From Podarcis filfolensis (Eukaryota): a stretch of 64,000 nt of DNA. The notes beneath the pieces were generated by a model. That model was not told the origin of the DNA. It made no database searches and saw only the letters and a program-made list of their open reading frames with translations. This document shows positions 24,965-36,780 of this stretch, in pieces. The stretch is from assembly GCA_964270895.1 (NCBI GenBank), contig OZ185440.1. One strand, written 5' to 3'. A program made the translations under genes and the position numbers. How positions within the stretch are numbered: the stretch's first letter is position 1; each line of letters starts with the position of its first letter.

Positions 24965-27900
24965 TTTTTGTTTTTTTTAATAAAATATTTATTAAGGTTT
25001 TACAAAAAACAGAGATTTACAGAATAAAAGGGGTAAAAAAAAAGAAATAAGGAAAAGTACAAAAAAATACAAAAATACATAGAAAAAAAGAAAATACCAA
25101 GTACAAAAAACAAATAGAAAAAACTTAAAAACAAATCCATTTTTTGATATCTTTAAGCTCGTTTGCTTGTTTCCTTGACCTCCTCACACCTCCCTTTTAT
25201 GTATTCCCGTTCACATAGTCAGTTCAGCAAATCCTTACCCTCTTTCATTTATCTTAACTCTATATCTTAACATATTATAACTGTATATTTTCATCCATTG
25301 TCAGTCCATTTTTACATATTCTTATTAACCTTGTTGCTAATGCCACTTAATTTCAATCCAACATCATTTTAACATTCATTAATTTTACAATGTTTCTGCA
25401 GATAGTCTTTGAATTTCTTCCAATCTTCTTCCACCAACTCTTCTCCCTGGTCTCGGATTCTGCCAGTCATTTCCGCCAGTTCCATATAGTCCATCACCTT
25501 CATCTGCCACTCTTCCAGGGTGGGTAAATCTTGTGTCTTCCAATACTTTACAATAAGTATTCTTGCTGCTGTTGTTGCATACATAAAGAAAGTTCTATCC
25601 TTCTTTGGCACCAATTGGCCGACTATGCCCAGGAGCAAGGCCTCTGGTTTCTTCAGGAAGGTATATTTAAATACCTTTTTCAATTCATTATAGATCATCT
25701 CCCAGAAAGCCTTAATCTTTGGGCACGTCCACCAAAGGTGAAAGAATGTACCTTCATTTTCTTTACATTTCCAACATTTGTTATCAGGCAGATGATATAT
25801 TTTTGCAAGCTTGACTGGTGTCATGTACCACCTGTATATCATTTTCATCATATTCTCTCCTAAGGCATTACATGCTGTAAATTTCATACCAGTGGTCCAC
25901 AACTGTTCCCAGTCAGCAAACATAATGTTGTGTCCAACGTCTTGTGCCCATTTAATCATAGCAGATTTAACCGTTTCACCCTGCGTATTCCATTTTAACA
26001 GCAAGTTATACATTCTTGAAAGTATCTTAGTTTTGGGATCTAACAATTCTGTTTCCAATTTTGATTTTTCCACCTGGAAGCCAATTTTTTTGTCCAAATT
26101 ATAAGCCTCTCTTATTTGATAATAGTGAAGCCAGTCTCGCACTTTATCTTTTAATTTCTCAAAACTCTGCAATTTCAATTTGTCTCCTTCTTGCTCCAAA
26201 ATTTCCCAATATTTCGGCCACTTGGCCTCCATATTGAGCTTTTTCTGAGCCTTTGCTTCCATCGGTGATAACCACCTTGGGGTTTTATTTTCAAGTAAGT
26301 CTTTATATCTTATCCAGACATTAAACAATGCTTTCCTGACAATATGGTTTTTAAACGCTTTATGTGCTTTAACCTTGTCGTACCACAAATATGCATGCCA
26401 CCCAAAGACGTTATTAAAACCTTCTAAATCTAAAATGTCTGTGTTCTCAAGAAGCAGCCATACTTTCAACCAGCAGAATGCTGCTGATTCATAATAAAGT
26501 TTAAGGTCTGGCAGGGCAAATCCACCTCTTTCCTTTGCATCAGTTAGTATTTTGAATTTTATTCTGGGCTTCTTGCCCTGCCAGACAAATCTAGAAATGT
26601 CTCTCTGCCACTTCTTGAAACAGTCCATTTTGTCCAAAATTTGCAATGATTGAAACAAAAATAACATTCTTGGCAATACATTCATCTTTATAACAGCAAT
26701 TCGGCCCAACAAGGAAAGCTTCAAATTGGACCATATTTCTAAGTCCTTTTTCACTTCTAACCAACATTTCTCATAGTTATCTTTAAATAAGTTTAAGTTC
26801 TTAGCAGTCATATTAACCCCCAGGTATTTTACTTTCTTAACCAATGTTAAACCTGTCTCCTTCTGAAACCTCTCTTTCTCAATCGGTGTTAAATTTTTCT
26901 CAAGAACTTTAGTTTTTAACTTGTTCAACTTAAATCCTGCCACATGACCAAATTCTTGAATCAGTTCTAATACTCTTTTAGTACTAGATTCTGGCTCCTG
27001 TAACGTCAATACTAAGTCATCTGCAAAAGCTTTCAGTTTGTATTGTTTGGCTCCGACCTGTATACCTTTAATCAGACGGTCCCTTCTAATCATATTTAGC
27101 AAAACCTCCAGGACCGAAATAAAGAGCAATGGGGAAATTGGGCAGCCTTGTCGTGTCCCTTTCTCTATCTTGAGTTCCTCTGTCACCACATTGTTAACTA
27201 TTAGTTTAGCCTTTTGTTCTGAGTAAATTGCACTTATACCATTTTCAAACCCTTGACCAACCCCCATCCCCTGAAGATTTTTCTTCATAAAACTCCAAGA
27301 AATATTATCAAAGGCTTTCTCCGCATCTACAAAAATTAAAACTGCTTTAGTATTGATGTTCACTTGCAACTTCTCCAAAATGTTAATTATCTACCTGGGA
27401 GAAAACCAGCTTGGTCCTTATGTATCTCTTCCACTAATACTTTTTTTAATCTTTTAGCCAAAATATCAGCAAATATTTTGTAATCCACATTAAGCAGAGA
27501 TATGGGGCGGTAGTTCTTAAGTTGTGTCTTTTCAGACTCAGTTTTCGGTATAAGCGTAATATAGGCTTCCTTCCACGACTCTGGCGCTTTTTTCCCCTCC
27601 AAAATTTCATTACAAACCTCCTTTAGTGGTTGAATTATCCAATCCTTCAGAGATCTATAATATTTTGAGGTTAGGCCATCCGGCCCTGGAGATTTGCCCA
27701 ACTACATATTCTGAATGGCACCTTCTACCTCCTGTTCTGTAATTTTATAGTTCAGCATTATCTTGTTTTCTTGGGATATTTTTTGTAATCCATTTGTTTT
27801 TAAAAATTGGTCTATATCAAACTCTTTCTGTGGCCCTTGTGTATATAACTGTTTAAAATACCTCTGGAAGCATTTTCTAATTTCCACTGGATTCTGAATG

Positions 27901-28145
27901 TTCTTTCCTTCCACTTCCAAGTTAGTAATAGTATTAAGCTTTTGTCTTTTTTTCATTTGCCAGGCTAACAGTTTTCCACATTTATTAGCCGATTCAAATG
28001 TCCTTTGTCTCATTTGTTTAATTTTCCATTCAATTTCCTGATTCATCATCTTCATATATTGCACTTGATATAACTTTATATCTCTCAGAATCTCTTGTGA
28101 CTTTGGTTTCGCTCTCAGTTTCTTCTCACCCTCTTTTATTTTTTC
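24965..28145 (-). mobile_element. 5'-truncated L1 LINE (about 3.2 kb)
   Basis: Contains the ORF2 linker, RT and C-terminal domains, a 3'UTR and an A-tail (T-run at 24965). The 9-bp TSD caagatttg lies at 24956-24964 and 28146-28154. Confidence 0.96.
25369..28145 (-). pseudogene. L1 ORF2 (reverse transcriptase), disrupted and lacking the endonuclease domain
   Basis: Motifs KSPGPDG, NYRPISLLNVDYK, DAEKAFD, GTRQGCPISP, FADD and the knuckle CWKC..HLWWTC are present. There is an in-frame TAG at 27702-27704 and a frameshifting junction near 27379-27390. Confidence 0.93.
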
Positions 28146-28213
28146 CAAGATTTGAACCAAGGGTATCCTGATTTGTGACTCTCTCTCTTAGCCACCATGC
28201 TGCGATGGCTGCT
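28146..28213 (-). mobile_element. MIR/core-like SINE, 5' part
   Basis: Minus strand shows the A-box-like agcatggtggctaaga and the B-box ggttcaaatc. Confidence 0.65.
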
Positions 28214-28419
28214 ATTAGCAGAAGACTAGGCCACAAGTGTCCCCTGTTGCTAGCATTGTTAGTATAGAAATGCACAGATGGGTGGAACAAACTGGCTGTT
28301 GGTATCTAGCCTTTACTGAATATTGCCCTTAAACAGTAACTGCTCGTCCCTCCTGTCGCCCTGCACCTCTGCCTGTATCATTTTTGCAGCTCCATCTACA
28401 TTTGTGCTAAAAGTGTGAG

Positions 28420-28960
28420 TGTGTGAAAGTTCCCTGCTGCCCCACAAAGGCCTTGGCAAAACCTAGCTAACTTGCTAACAGCCGCCTCCTTTTCCCAGGC
28501 GTTTGCTGTCATATGCTGTTTGGTCTCAGCCAGTGAATAAGGCAGCCGACAGGCGTATCTTCACCCCCTGATGACATTTGAATAAAGCACTCTGCCTGTT
28601 TGCGGTGCAGGCATGGTGGGTGATGCCGGGCTGGGGGAAGGCAATGAGGTCGGGGGCCTCTGCTGGCTATCACATCGAGTCTATCTTATCGCTACAGTAA
28701 TTTGATGATAAAAAATAATCCCAGGCTGGAGAGGAAACATGTGTAGTGGAGTAAAGATTGAATGTAGGTGGAATGTACCCTGGGGCAGCAGCTGAGATAG
28801 AAGGAAAATGTCCTTCTGTTTGACATACTGCTGCAATGCCGCCCTGCGCCCACCCAGCTTTGTTGAGCATTATTTTACATGGAGGAGGGAGGGGGAGATG
28901 GCGCTTGGGTTAACTGATTGCCTGAAGGCATAAGATCACGGAGAGAAAGATAGCTCTGCA
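28420..28960. promoter_or_regulatory. Putative conserved non-coding element (enhancer)
   Basis: Repeat-free and CpG-retaining, with cttatc/gataa, taattt and taatccc motifs. Confidence 0.4.
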
Positions 28961-30933
28961 CGCTCCTGTTCCTTTTCTCTTGTTTCGTAGCCACAGAATC
29001 AGACATGAAGAGACACCAGAGGGCGTAGCTTTGTGGAGCTCAGATATGGCCTTCCCCGTACACCACACACTCACATTGGAGGATATCAGGAAAAGTATGC
29101 GGTCCCTGGTCTGCCCTTTCCAATCCAGCCCCTATGCTGACGTTTTGCAAATAACTTAGAAATCATTCAGCACTGAGCAAGTAGCTGTTCTTGCTCAGTT
29201 GTGACCGATTCTCCTCCTCCTATGTGGCTACAACACACAAACATTTGTATGATAAAGTACAGGGGCAACACATATGGGACTGCTAGCCTAATATGAATCC
29301 TCTCTGTTGAAAGAACATAGTTCAGTATATCTGTATGATGAAAAAGGTCATCTCAGTTCAAACTACCTGTGGAAGCCTTGTCCTCTACACTGAGCAAAGT
29401 AAGTGTGTGTTTGTTTTTGTTTATGTGAGAAGAGCTTGAGCATGAGGGATGGCCAAGAAGCCCGCCCTGTAAGCTTATCACCATGAGGAAAAAACCTGAG
29501 GCTTAATGGTGTTTGAGAATGTCTATGCAAACTTACTTCTGTCTATCTGTTTTACCTATATGTGATGTCTAGAACTTCCTTGATGCATTAACCTGCATGA
29601 AGGGGACTCCACTTGTTGAAGAGGTAGCAAGGCCTTTTGTTGGCCGTGTCTTCCAATATCACATGGCTCTGCAGTCCTACTCCCTGGTGTCCACACATTG
29701 AATGTGGACATATGCACCAGAGAAACCATGCATGACTTGTATACAGTCTGGAATCCTGTTCTTGTGGAAGCCTTTTTACAGTATGTACCTATTGCTTGGC
29801 TGGGGTGTGGGAGCTGGGGAGCAGTGTGGTGTTCAGGACAAGGACAGCAGCAGAGCCTACTGTGTCTTCAATGCATGGAGCCTGCTTTTTGCAGATAACA
29901 AGTGAGGGAACCTTAAATCTCGTGAGATTGTGTGAGATTGCCTCTGGCAAAGCAGTGTTAGAACAGAGCAGGCAGGATTCTGAATTATTAGCTTATAGGC
30001 CAGGCATCTCCTCCACAACATGCATACACAGACAGCACACACTTGTAGAAGAAACATGGACCTGTAGGCAGAGTGCAAGACACCTGAATGCTTCTGTTGC
30101 ATGACATGCCCTTTCAATAACGGCAGATCCCAGAGTCCCTTTGTTCCTGTCGCATTTTCTGTGTACAGGTAATAAGAGCCTGTAGCAGCCAACTGGCAGC
30201 AGGAGGGAGGAAGAAGCACCATACCAAACTGGCATTGAGGTCCCAGGGATGGTTCAAGCCAGTGCCCTGCAACTTACATGAGTAAATAAGTTAGGTGTCT
30301 GGTTCCCAGAGTGCATAGAAGAACTCAAGGACTGGCAACATTGTCTAAAGGGCATTCAACAAACATGTGTAATACACACCCACACACCCACACACCCCTA
30401 CCCCTTTCTGCCATGTCAAACTATACATACAAATGAGGTAGCCAGAAACATAAAGAGGTTTAACTAAGGGAACTAAAAGAAGATAAAGTATACTAATCCT
30501 CCTATTTTTCAGTGGCCATTCTAAGGCAGCCACTCAGGTTCGTTACATGGCAATAGTTACTGCTGTAGTGGCATGTCTCTTCCCCCACCTCTTAGGCAGT
30601 ATGAGGGAGGGTTGTATTTTCCTTTCCCCAATCTGCCATGCCTGGGATAATGGGATACAGCAGCTGTTGAGATTTTTCCAAGGTGTCTGTCTACCCTGAG
30701 AAAACTGCATATTCTAAGGATCCTGGCATTGTTGTAAACAGCAATCCAGGCACTGGAGAGGGGAAAGAAATTTCCTGCTCAGCCTTAATAGGAGCCGGGT
30801 GGTTGGGAGGGAGGAATTCTTCCCAGGCTCGGGTCAAAATCTGAGCTCAAGAAGAACTCAGGGTGCTGTGATGCAAACACTGCAAATCATCAAGGATTAT
30901 TCTCAAAACCAAGGAATTACAGTCAATTACATC

Positions 30934-31061
30934 ACAACAACAACAACAACAATTTATTATTTATACCCCGCCCATCAGGATGGGCTTCCCCAGCCACTCT
31001 GGGCGGCTTCCAACAAAACATTAAAATACAGCAATCCATCAAACATTAAAAGCTTCCCTAA
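30934..31061 (-). mobile_element. L2 LINE 3' end with (ACA)n/(TTA) tail
   Basis: tttattatttataccccgcccatcaggatgggcttccccagccactctgggcggcttcc...aaacattaaaagcttccctaa resembles an abundant lacertid L2 tail (from recall). Confidence 0.75.
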
Positions 31062-31299
31062 GTGACTAGTGTTCCTGAACCAGACAAAACTTTTAGAAAT
31101 CTCACAGCAGTTAACACCAGTATTTACCGGCAAACCAAACTGCCTTGTAGAGGTAAGCAGAATACACCTGCTCTGCTTCCCTCCCACCAGTCTATGCTTA
31201 GGGTCTCTTCCTGCAACAGGCTTCTCAACCTGACCAGGTCCTGCTCACATTTCCCACATTTCCTGAGGTGGGTGTGGGGAATCCCCATTCCTTGTTTCG

Positions 31300-31840
31300 C
31301 TAAATGCATTTGTTCAGTCCTTGCAACAAACAGATTAGCCAGGGTTTTATCGGAGGAGGAGAGGAGGGAGCCTGTGATGTGATAATGGTTTTCAGCAAAT
31401 CCTCAGGCTGTCACAGATTAGAGCAGCCATGGCAAGGAGTATTATCGGATCCCCCCCTCCCTTTTGTCTTCCTTTTCCATCGGATTTTGCAAGCCAATCT
31501 ATTGTAGAGAGAGCTGGTAAGATACAAGCAGAAGTCAGTTTCAATCTGATCTGCGATTGGTTTCCTGGCAGCTGATCTGTGCTGCCTTATCGATTCGCGT
31601 GCCCTCCACCTTGTTTGTCTGGAGAGGAAGGTGGGAAAGGGGGGTGTATAGTGGAATTGAAGTGCGTGAGCCCTTGGTGGAACCACTTTAAACTTGATAC
31701 ATACAATTGATCCGGAGGCAGGAGCACAAAGAGGCCAGTGGGGCCAATACAAGAAGAGCAGGAGCCGCCAGCCCTAATCAAAGGGGTTTAAATGGTTGTG
31801 ACCTTCTGATTAGAAGCGAGAAATCATGTCTGGAGGGGTA
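31300..31840. promoter_or_regulatory. Putative conserved non-coding element (enhancer)
   Basis: Repeated ttatcg/atcgg/atcgat (CUT-like) words, TCF-like atcaaag and CpG retention. Confidence 0.45.
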
Positions 31841-32419
31841 GCTAGCTGGGGAGTAGAAGGCATTGGGTGGCCTGAAGCCTCTGAGCCCGCCATACTGCTC
31901 TGTTTGTGGCCTTGGCAAGACCTGTGACTTTGCGCTGTTGCTGATGTGTTCTCGGGTGGTGGAGCTTGAACAATGTGGCTTGTGCTGTGCTTTCTATTGG
32001 GATTCTCTTAACACTCAATGGGACTTGCCAGCTCTGCAGCTTGTTCCCATCTAGATGGTGAGGGTGTTATAGTCAGGCTCAACTTAGGCCAGGATGTGCC
32101 AATATCAGCTGTGGACCATGCTTTCAAAGCCAGGGCGCAGTCCTGGAACATGCACCTTATATAAACAGAGCAAGTCAGAACATCTTTGTGTTTCTACTGA
32201 AAAAACACAGCTAACCCTACCCCAATGTATCTGAATCAGGGAGTAAAGTCTTTTAGAGCAGAACTATCATTTCCATCAACCCTGGCTTCTGTCTTTTTAG
32301 AAATCAAGCACTGCGCTAGCTGCACACTCACATAGTTCCAGGAGGCCGGGGGCTTGTTTTGCCTGGCCCCAAATCATCAGTCAGCAGGTTTGGATGGGCG
32401 GGAATAGGGCCTAGAACGA

Positions 32420-32800
32420 GTAATGGGCCTGAGTGTGGAAACAGTGTTAATAAAGTGTATTTCACTTTTAATTTTGACATCCAGTGTAATGATCTTTTTA
32501 AGGCCCTATCATATTATCTGCATGACTAGATTATTGAGTCTTCATCGTCTCCAGATAAATTTATGGCTGGGATGAGGCTTGGAATTTATTATCAGTCAAT
32601 AGAGCTCGATCCTCTAACAAGGCGTGTAATAAGATATACATATTTAATGATCCGGAGTGAAGCAGCCTACTAATGGGGGTCGACACTTCTATTCTCTTCC
32701 CTTCTCAAAGGTAGCCGGCTCTGGCAGTCCCAAATGGCCTCTTCCCCGATCGGACCCCCTTAAACAGGGGCAGCTGGTGACGGCTTCCCTGCTCTCACCG
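32420..32800. promoter_or_regulatory. Putative conserved non-coding element (enhancer)
   Basis: AT-rich homeodomain words (taatga, tttatgg, tgtaataag) next to a CpG-bearing core. Confidence 0.4.
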
Positions 32801-33168
32801 TTCTGAGCAGAGTTTTGCAAAAGCCATATATTAGCTAGCTTGCAGGAGCTGTAGCATGCCCACAAAGCAAGTTCCTTCCCTCCAACTTCCAGAGAAGGTT
32901 CTTTGGGACCTAAGTGTTCTCTGGCACGTCACAGGCTGGGTAGGCTTGAACATGGTACTTCAGAGAAGATGTCTAATAGAATAAGAACACCCATTGGCTA
33001 AATGGTACTGAATAGTTCTGAATAGTTCTGAAGACAGAGTGGCTCTCTTCTAGTGCTTATGGAATCATGGTGCTCCCCCCCCCCGCCCTCAGAATCTCCA
33101 TGTGTAGTTGAATAAACTGATAATTAAACAACAAAATAATGCAGTTTTCATAGGAATGAAACTGCATA

Positions 33169-33420
33169 CAGTGGTACCTTGGTTTACAAACTTAATCCGT
33201 TCCAGAAGTCCATTCTTAAACCGAAGCATTCTTAAACCAAGGCGTGCTTTCCCACAGCAGCGGGGGACTCAATTTACAAATGGAACACACTCAACAGGAA
33301 GCAGTACATGTTCTCCTTCCAAAGCAAAGTTCACAAACCAAAACTCCTACTTCCGGGTTTGCAGCGTTCTTAATCCAAGTTGTTCATAAACTAAGCTGTT
33401 CTTAAACCAAGGTACCACTG
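33169..33420. mobile_element. Tc1/Tigger-like MITE
   Basis: TIRs cagtggtaccttggttta / taaaccaaggtaccactg with TA on both sides. Confidence 0.92.
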
Positions 33421-34167
33421 TACTCCACTTAAGACTTCCACATGCCAGGATTATTGTGATAGAGGCAGCTTCATGCTCTGCCTAGTTTGATGCCTTGGAT
33501 CCAAAGGTGAAACCTCACATTTGTTTTAGTTTCTGCATTTCTGTTTTGTGTGTGCAGTCTCAGAAAGACATGCCTTCTGATAAAGTCCCTATCCCATTCC
33601 TATGAGTATCACCATTCCTTCTAATAGTGAACTTGGGTGGATGAGGGTTCTATAAGTGGGTCCACCCAAAAATAAGTTAGTGGTTTCTGCATACTCAAGG
33701 GACTTCCTAGGTATAGTATATTCTTGTTAATTAAAGGGGGGAGGGCTCAGAACACTCTGACAAGGATCTATAATCTTCCAGGATGTATGGAATGTTGAAG
33801 GCATTTGAGAGACAGAGTAGAAACTTTATATGGGGAAGGAGAATGCTTCAAAAATTCAGAGGTCTCTTCAAGCGCAAAGCTGCAGCTTTATCATTATGCA
33901 GGGAAGATTTGGGTTGAGGGATGCATGCTATCACATCTAAAAAGTCCCACCCCTGTGCTGGGCGAGTTCAGGCCTAGCAGTCAGGCCCAAATCTGAGCCT
34001 TCTAGCTTTATGTTATAGTGTGGCAGGAGAAGGCTTCAGGGTCTTCATCCTTCCTGATACTCCTGAATGAGACCTAAACAGCACTTCAAAACTCTTTTCT
34101 CACAGACGCCAGAACAGGAAGAGAGGTGGGGATACACTGATACATTTTGCTACAGATTCCACTTGCT

Positions 34168-34314
34168 CATAGAATCATGGAGTTGGAAGGGACCCTGGGG
34201 GGTCATCTAATCCAGCCCCTCAATGCAGGAATATGCAGCTGTCCCATACAGGGATCAAACCTGCGACCTTGCTGTTATCAGCACCACACTCTAACCAGCT
34301 GAGCTATCTAGGCT
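34168..34314 (-). mobile_element. tRNA-Ile-derived SINE with CR1-type 3' tail
   Basis: Minus strand reads tagctcagctggttagagtgtggtgctgataacagcaaggtcgcaggtttgatccc, then ...gggtcccttccaactcccatgattctatg. Confidence 0.8.
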
Positions 34315-34910
34315 CCCAATAATGAGCTCAGGTAGCTGAGTCCCTCTTGGTGTGGAATTGAAACAAAACCACTCAAAAATAAGGTAGTGACTTCTGCCTA
34401 CTCAGGGGACACCCCTGGTACACAGAAGTACACAGTTTGTGGATTATATTAAATGAAAATGACTTTTAAAAACCCACTTGGACATGACCTAAAGAAACTT
34501 GAGGTCAGGCAAACTGTGTGAGTCTATGAATTAAGTTTGTGCCTGAGAACTGTTTGAGACATGGAATCATCATATGCCATTTGAGAACAAAGCATTTATG
34601 GGAAGGCAGAAGAAGAGAAGGAATGGACCTGCTCAAGCCCCTGACAAGTTATAGTAAGTACTGGGGTGGGGGGTAGTGTTGGATGAGATGAGATGTTTTT
34701 CCCATCTCCAGAACTGTGTGTTCCCTGCTAAATAGTTATAAAATACTGAGGTTTGGGGCTAGCAGCTCTCTGTTGCTGTAACACCAGAGGGGAAGGTCTT
34801 GCCAGGGTACCTTTCCTGAAACTTTCCCAGCTTCCCGAGAGGCCGGGGCAGGTCTGCTTGTCTCTCAGTCCAGACTCTCTAGAGCCTTGAACAGAAGCAT
34901 TCCTCTAAGG

Positions 34911-35116
34911 CAGAGCTTTCCAAACTGTGTGTGGTGACACGTTAGTGTGTCGGCTGCAGTGTGTAGGTGTGCCACACGAACGTTCCCTGGGCTCCTCCCG
35001 GGGCTGAAAAGGGGTTAGTTTAACATCCAGTTTGCTAGTAAAACTGAATTACTGTGTCATGAAATGATGCATGTCTAAAAAGGATGTCACCAACATGAAA
35101 AATTTGGAAAGCTCTG
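34911..35116. mobile_element. hAT-type MITE
   Basis: TIRs cagagctttccaaa / tttggaaagctctg; 8-bp TSD ctctaagg / ctctaaga (7 of 8 match). Confidence 0.85.
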
Positions 35117-35127
35117 CTCTAAGATGC

Positions 35128-35194
35128 TGCAACATTTTGTTGCATGCCCCCTTATGTTGTGTTGCAACATTTTGTTGCGTGCCCCCTTATGTTG
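35128..35194. repeat. Two-copy tandem duplication (32-nt unit, period 35)
   Basis: tgcaacattttgttgc(a/g)tgcccccttatgttg at 35128-35159 and 35163-35194. Confidence 0.9.
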
Positions 35195-35204
35195 ATAAAT
35201 CAAT

Positions 35205-35350
35205 CAGCTGGTGTAGCATAGTGACTAAGAGACTGAGCTGTGACTTGCAAACTTCTCTGTTTGCGTTTTGGCAGTGTTACAAACTCACTTAAGCAAGCAA
35301 CTTTCAGCTCCATCCCTCTTCCCCCAGTCTGTGCTATGCTGATAAGAATA
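35205..35350 (+). mobile_element. Old MIR/core-like SINE remnant
   Basis: gctggtgtagcatagtgactaagagactgagctgtgac...; weak similarity only. Confidence 0.45.
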
Positions 35351-36077
35351 TTTATTTCAGCAATTTATATCCACTTAATATCATAGGTTAGAAGAAAGAT
35401 ACAATAGAGAAAATTAATCAGTAAAACTTTCTTGAAATGCCTACTGAAGCAAAAAGAAGTCTGGCCTACCTAAAAGGGCTGTTGTAAGAACTACAAGAAA
35501 GCAGTGTACTGTATGTGAAGTTCTGCAAATGTTCCAAATACGATAGTTATATGAATTCAATTGTTACCACAGCTATAACTCTGCATATGATGAAAAGAAG
35601 GAGACTTTCAATGGCAGCAGGCTTGTTTTTTCTTTAGATTCTTTAGATTCAGCCTGAATCAGTTATCATGGTGACACTCAGCAAGATTCTAAGATGCAGT
35701 TTTCTTTTCCTGGGTCAACTTCACCATATTAACCTCATGTAAATGTGAAGTTGGAAGAAACAATACTTTTTCTGTATATTAATCTTAATAACTTTCTTGA
35801 TCAGTCATCTTTTGACATTTGAGGGCTGCTAGAACCCGAGGCCAACTTTGGGCATGAGATAATCTTGTTAGGACATCATCACAATCTAACATTTTTTATT
35901 TCCTACAAGAGTGTTGTAGCTTCACTGATGTAGACAATTATTCCAAATCTTTATTCTGTCTGATTCTATCTTATTTATTTTCTGGGAGTTATTTGTTTGT
36001 GGGGATTGGCAGCTTTATGCACAAGCTTTTGCTTAAGGTAGTTGGAGTTTAAGAATATGGGGTTGTGCATTTTCCTG

Positions 36078-36152
36078 GCGATGCTGGGGATTGAATCCAA
36101 GACTTTCTGCATGGAAAGCAGGTGCTCTACCACTTGAACTACATGGTTCCTT
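36078..36152 (-). mobile_element. tRNA-derived SINE head
   Basis: gatgctggggattgaatccaagactttctgcatggaaagcaggtgctctaccacttgaactac. Confidence 0.7.
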
Positions 36153-36242
36153 CTCCAGCTTCTGTCATCCCTATTGGTCTTCTGGCTGTAGCTGAAGGAA
36201 TTCTAGTCCAACAACCCCTGGGGGTTATAATATATGCTAAGC

Positions 36243-36378
36243 CAGGCATAGGCAAACTCGGCCCTCCAGATGTTATGGGACTAGAACTCCCATGATCCCT
36301 AGCTAACAGGACCAGTGGTCAGGGATGATGGGAATTGTAGTCCCAAAACATCTGGAGGGCCGAGTTTGCCTATGCCTA
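36243..36378. mobile_element. hAT MITE (136 bp, near-perfect palindrome)
   Basis: Arms caggcataggcaaactcggccctccagatgtt / aacatctggagggccgagtttgcctatgcct; perfect 8-bp TSD tgctaagc at 36235-36242 and 36379-36386. Confidence 0.95.
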
Positions 36379-36395
36379 TGCTAAGCCATTCAATA

Positions 36396-36611
36396 CAGTC
36401 GTACCTTGGAAGTCGAACAGAATCCATTCTGGAAGTCCGTTTGACTTCCAAAACATTTGGAAACCAAAGTTTCCTGCAGCCAATCGGAAGCCCCGTTGGA
36501 TGTTTGGCTTCCCAAAATAGTTTGCAAACCGGAACAGTCACTTCCGGGTTTGTGGCATTTGGGAGCCAAAATCTTCGAGAACTAAATGGTTCGAAAATCA
36601 AAGTATGACTG
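36396..36611. mobile_element. Tc1/Tigger-like MITE (divergent TIR subfamily)
   Basis: TIRs cagtcgtaccttg / caaagtatgactg with TA flanks. Confidence 0.88.
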
Positions 36612-36758
36612 TATAGGCATATGCAAAACCAGGTAAATTTAAGCATCAACTTTATTTCTAAAAGCAGTGCCCATAGCTAATCCTTAAAGTAATAATTTAA
36701 CGAATAAATTATCCTATGCTTCGATTTATTAATCTATTGTCTCCCCACACTTGCAAAT

Positions 36759-36780
36759 ACACACACACACACACACACAC
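36759..36780. repeat. (AC)11 microsatellite
   Basis: Direct read. Confidence 0.95.

Noticed and set aside
34225-34314. Possible tRNA-Ile gene
   Set aside because: The stems are degenerate and it runs directly into a CR1-type tail, so it is a SINE head.
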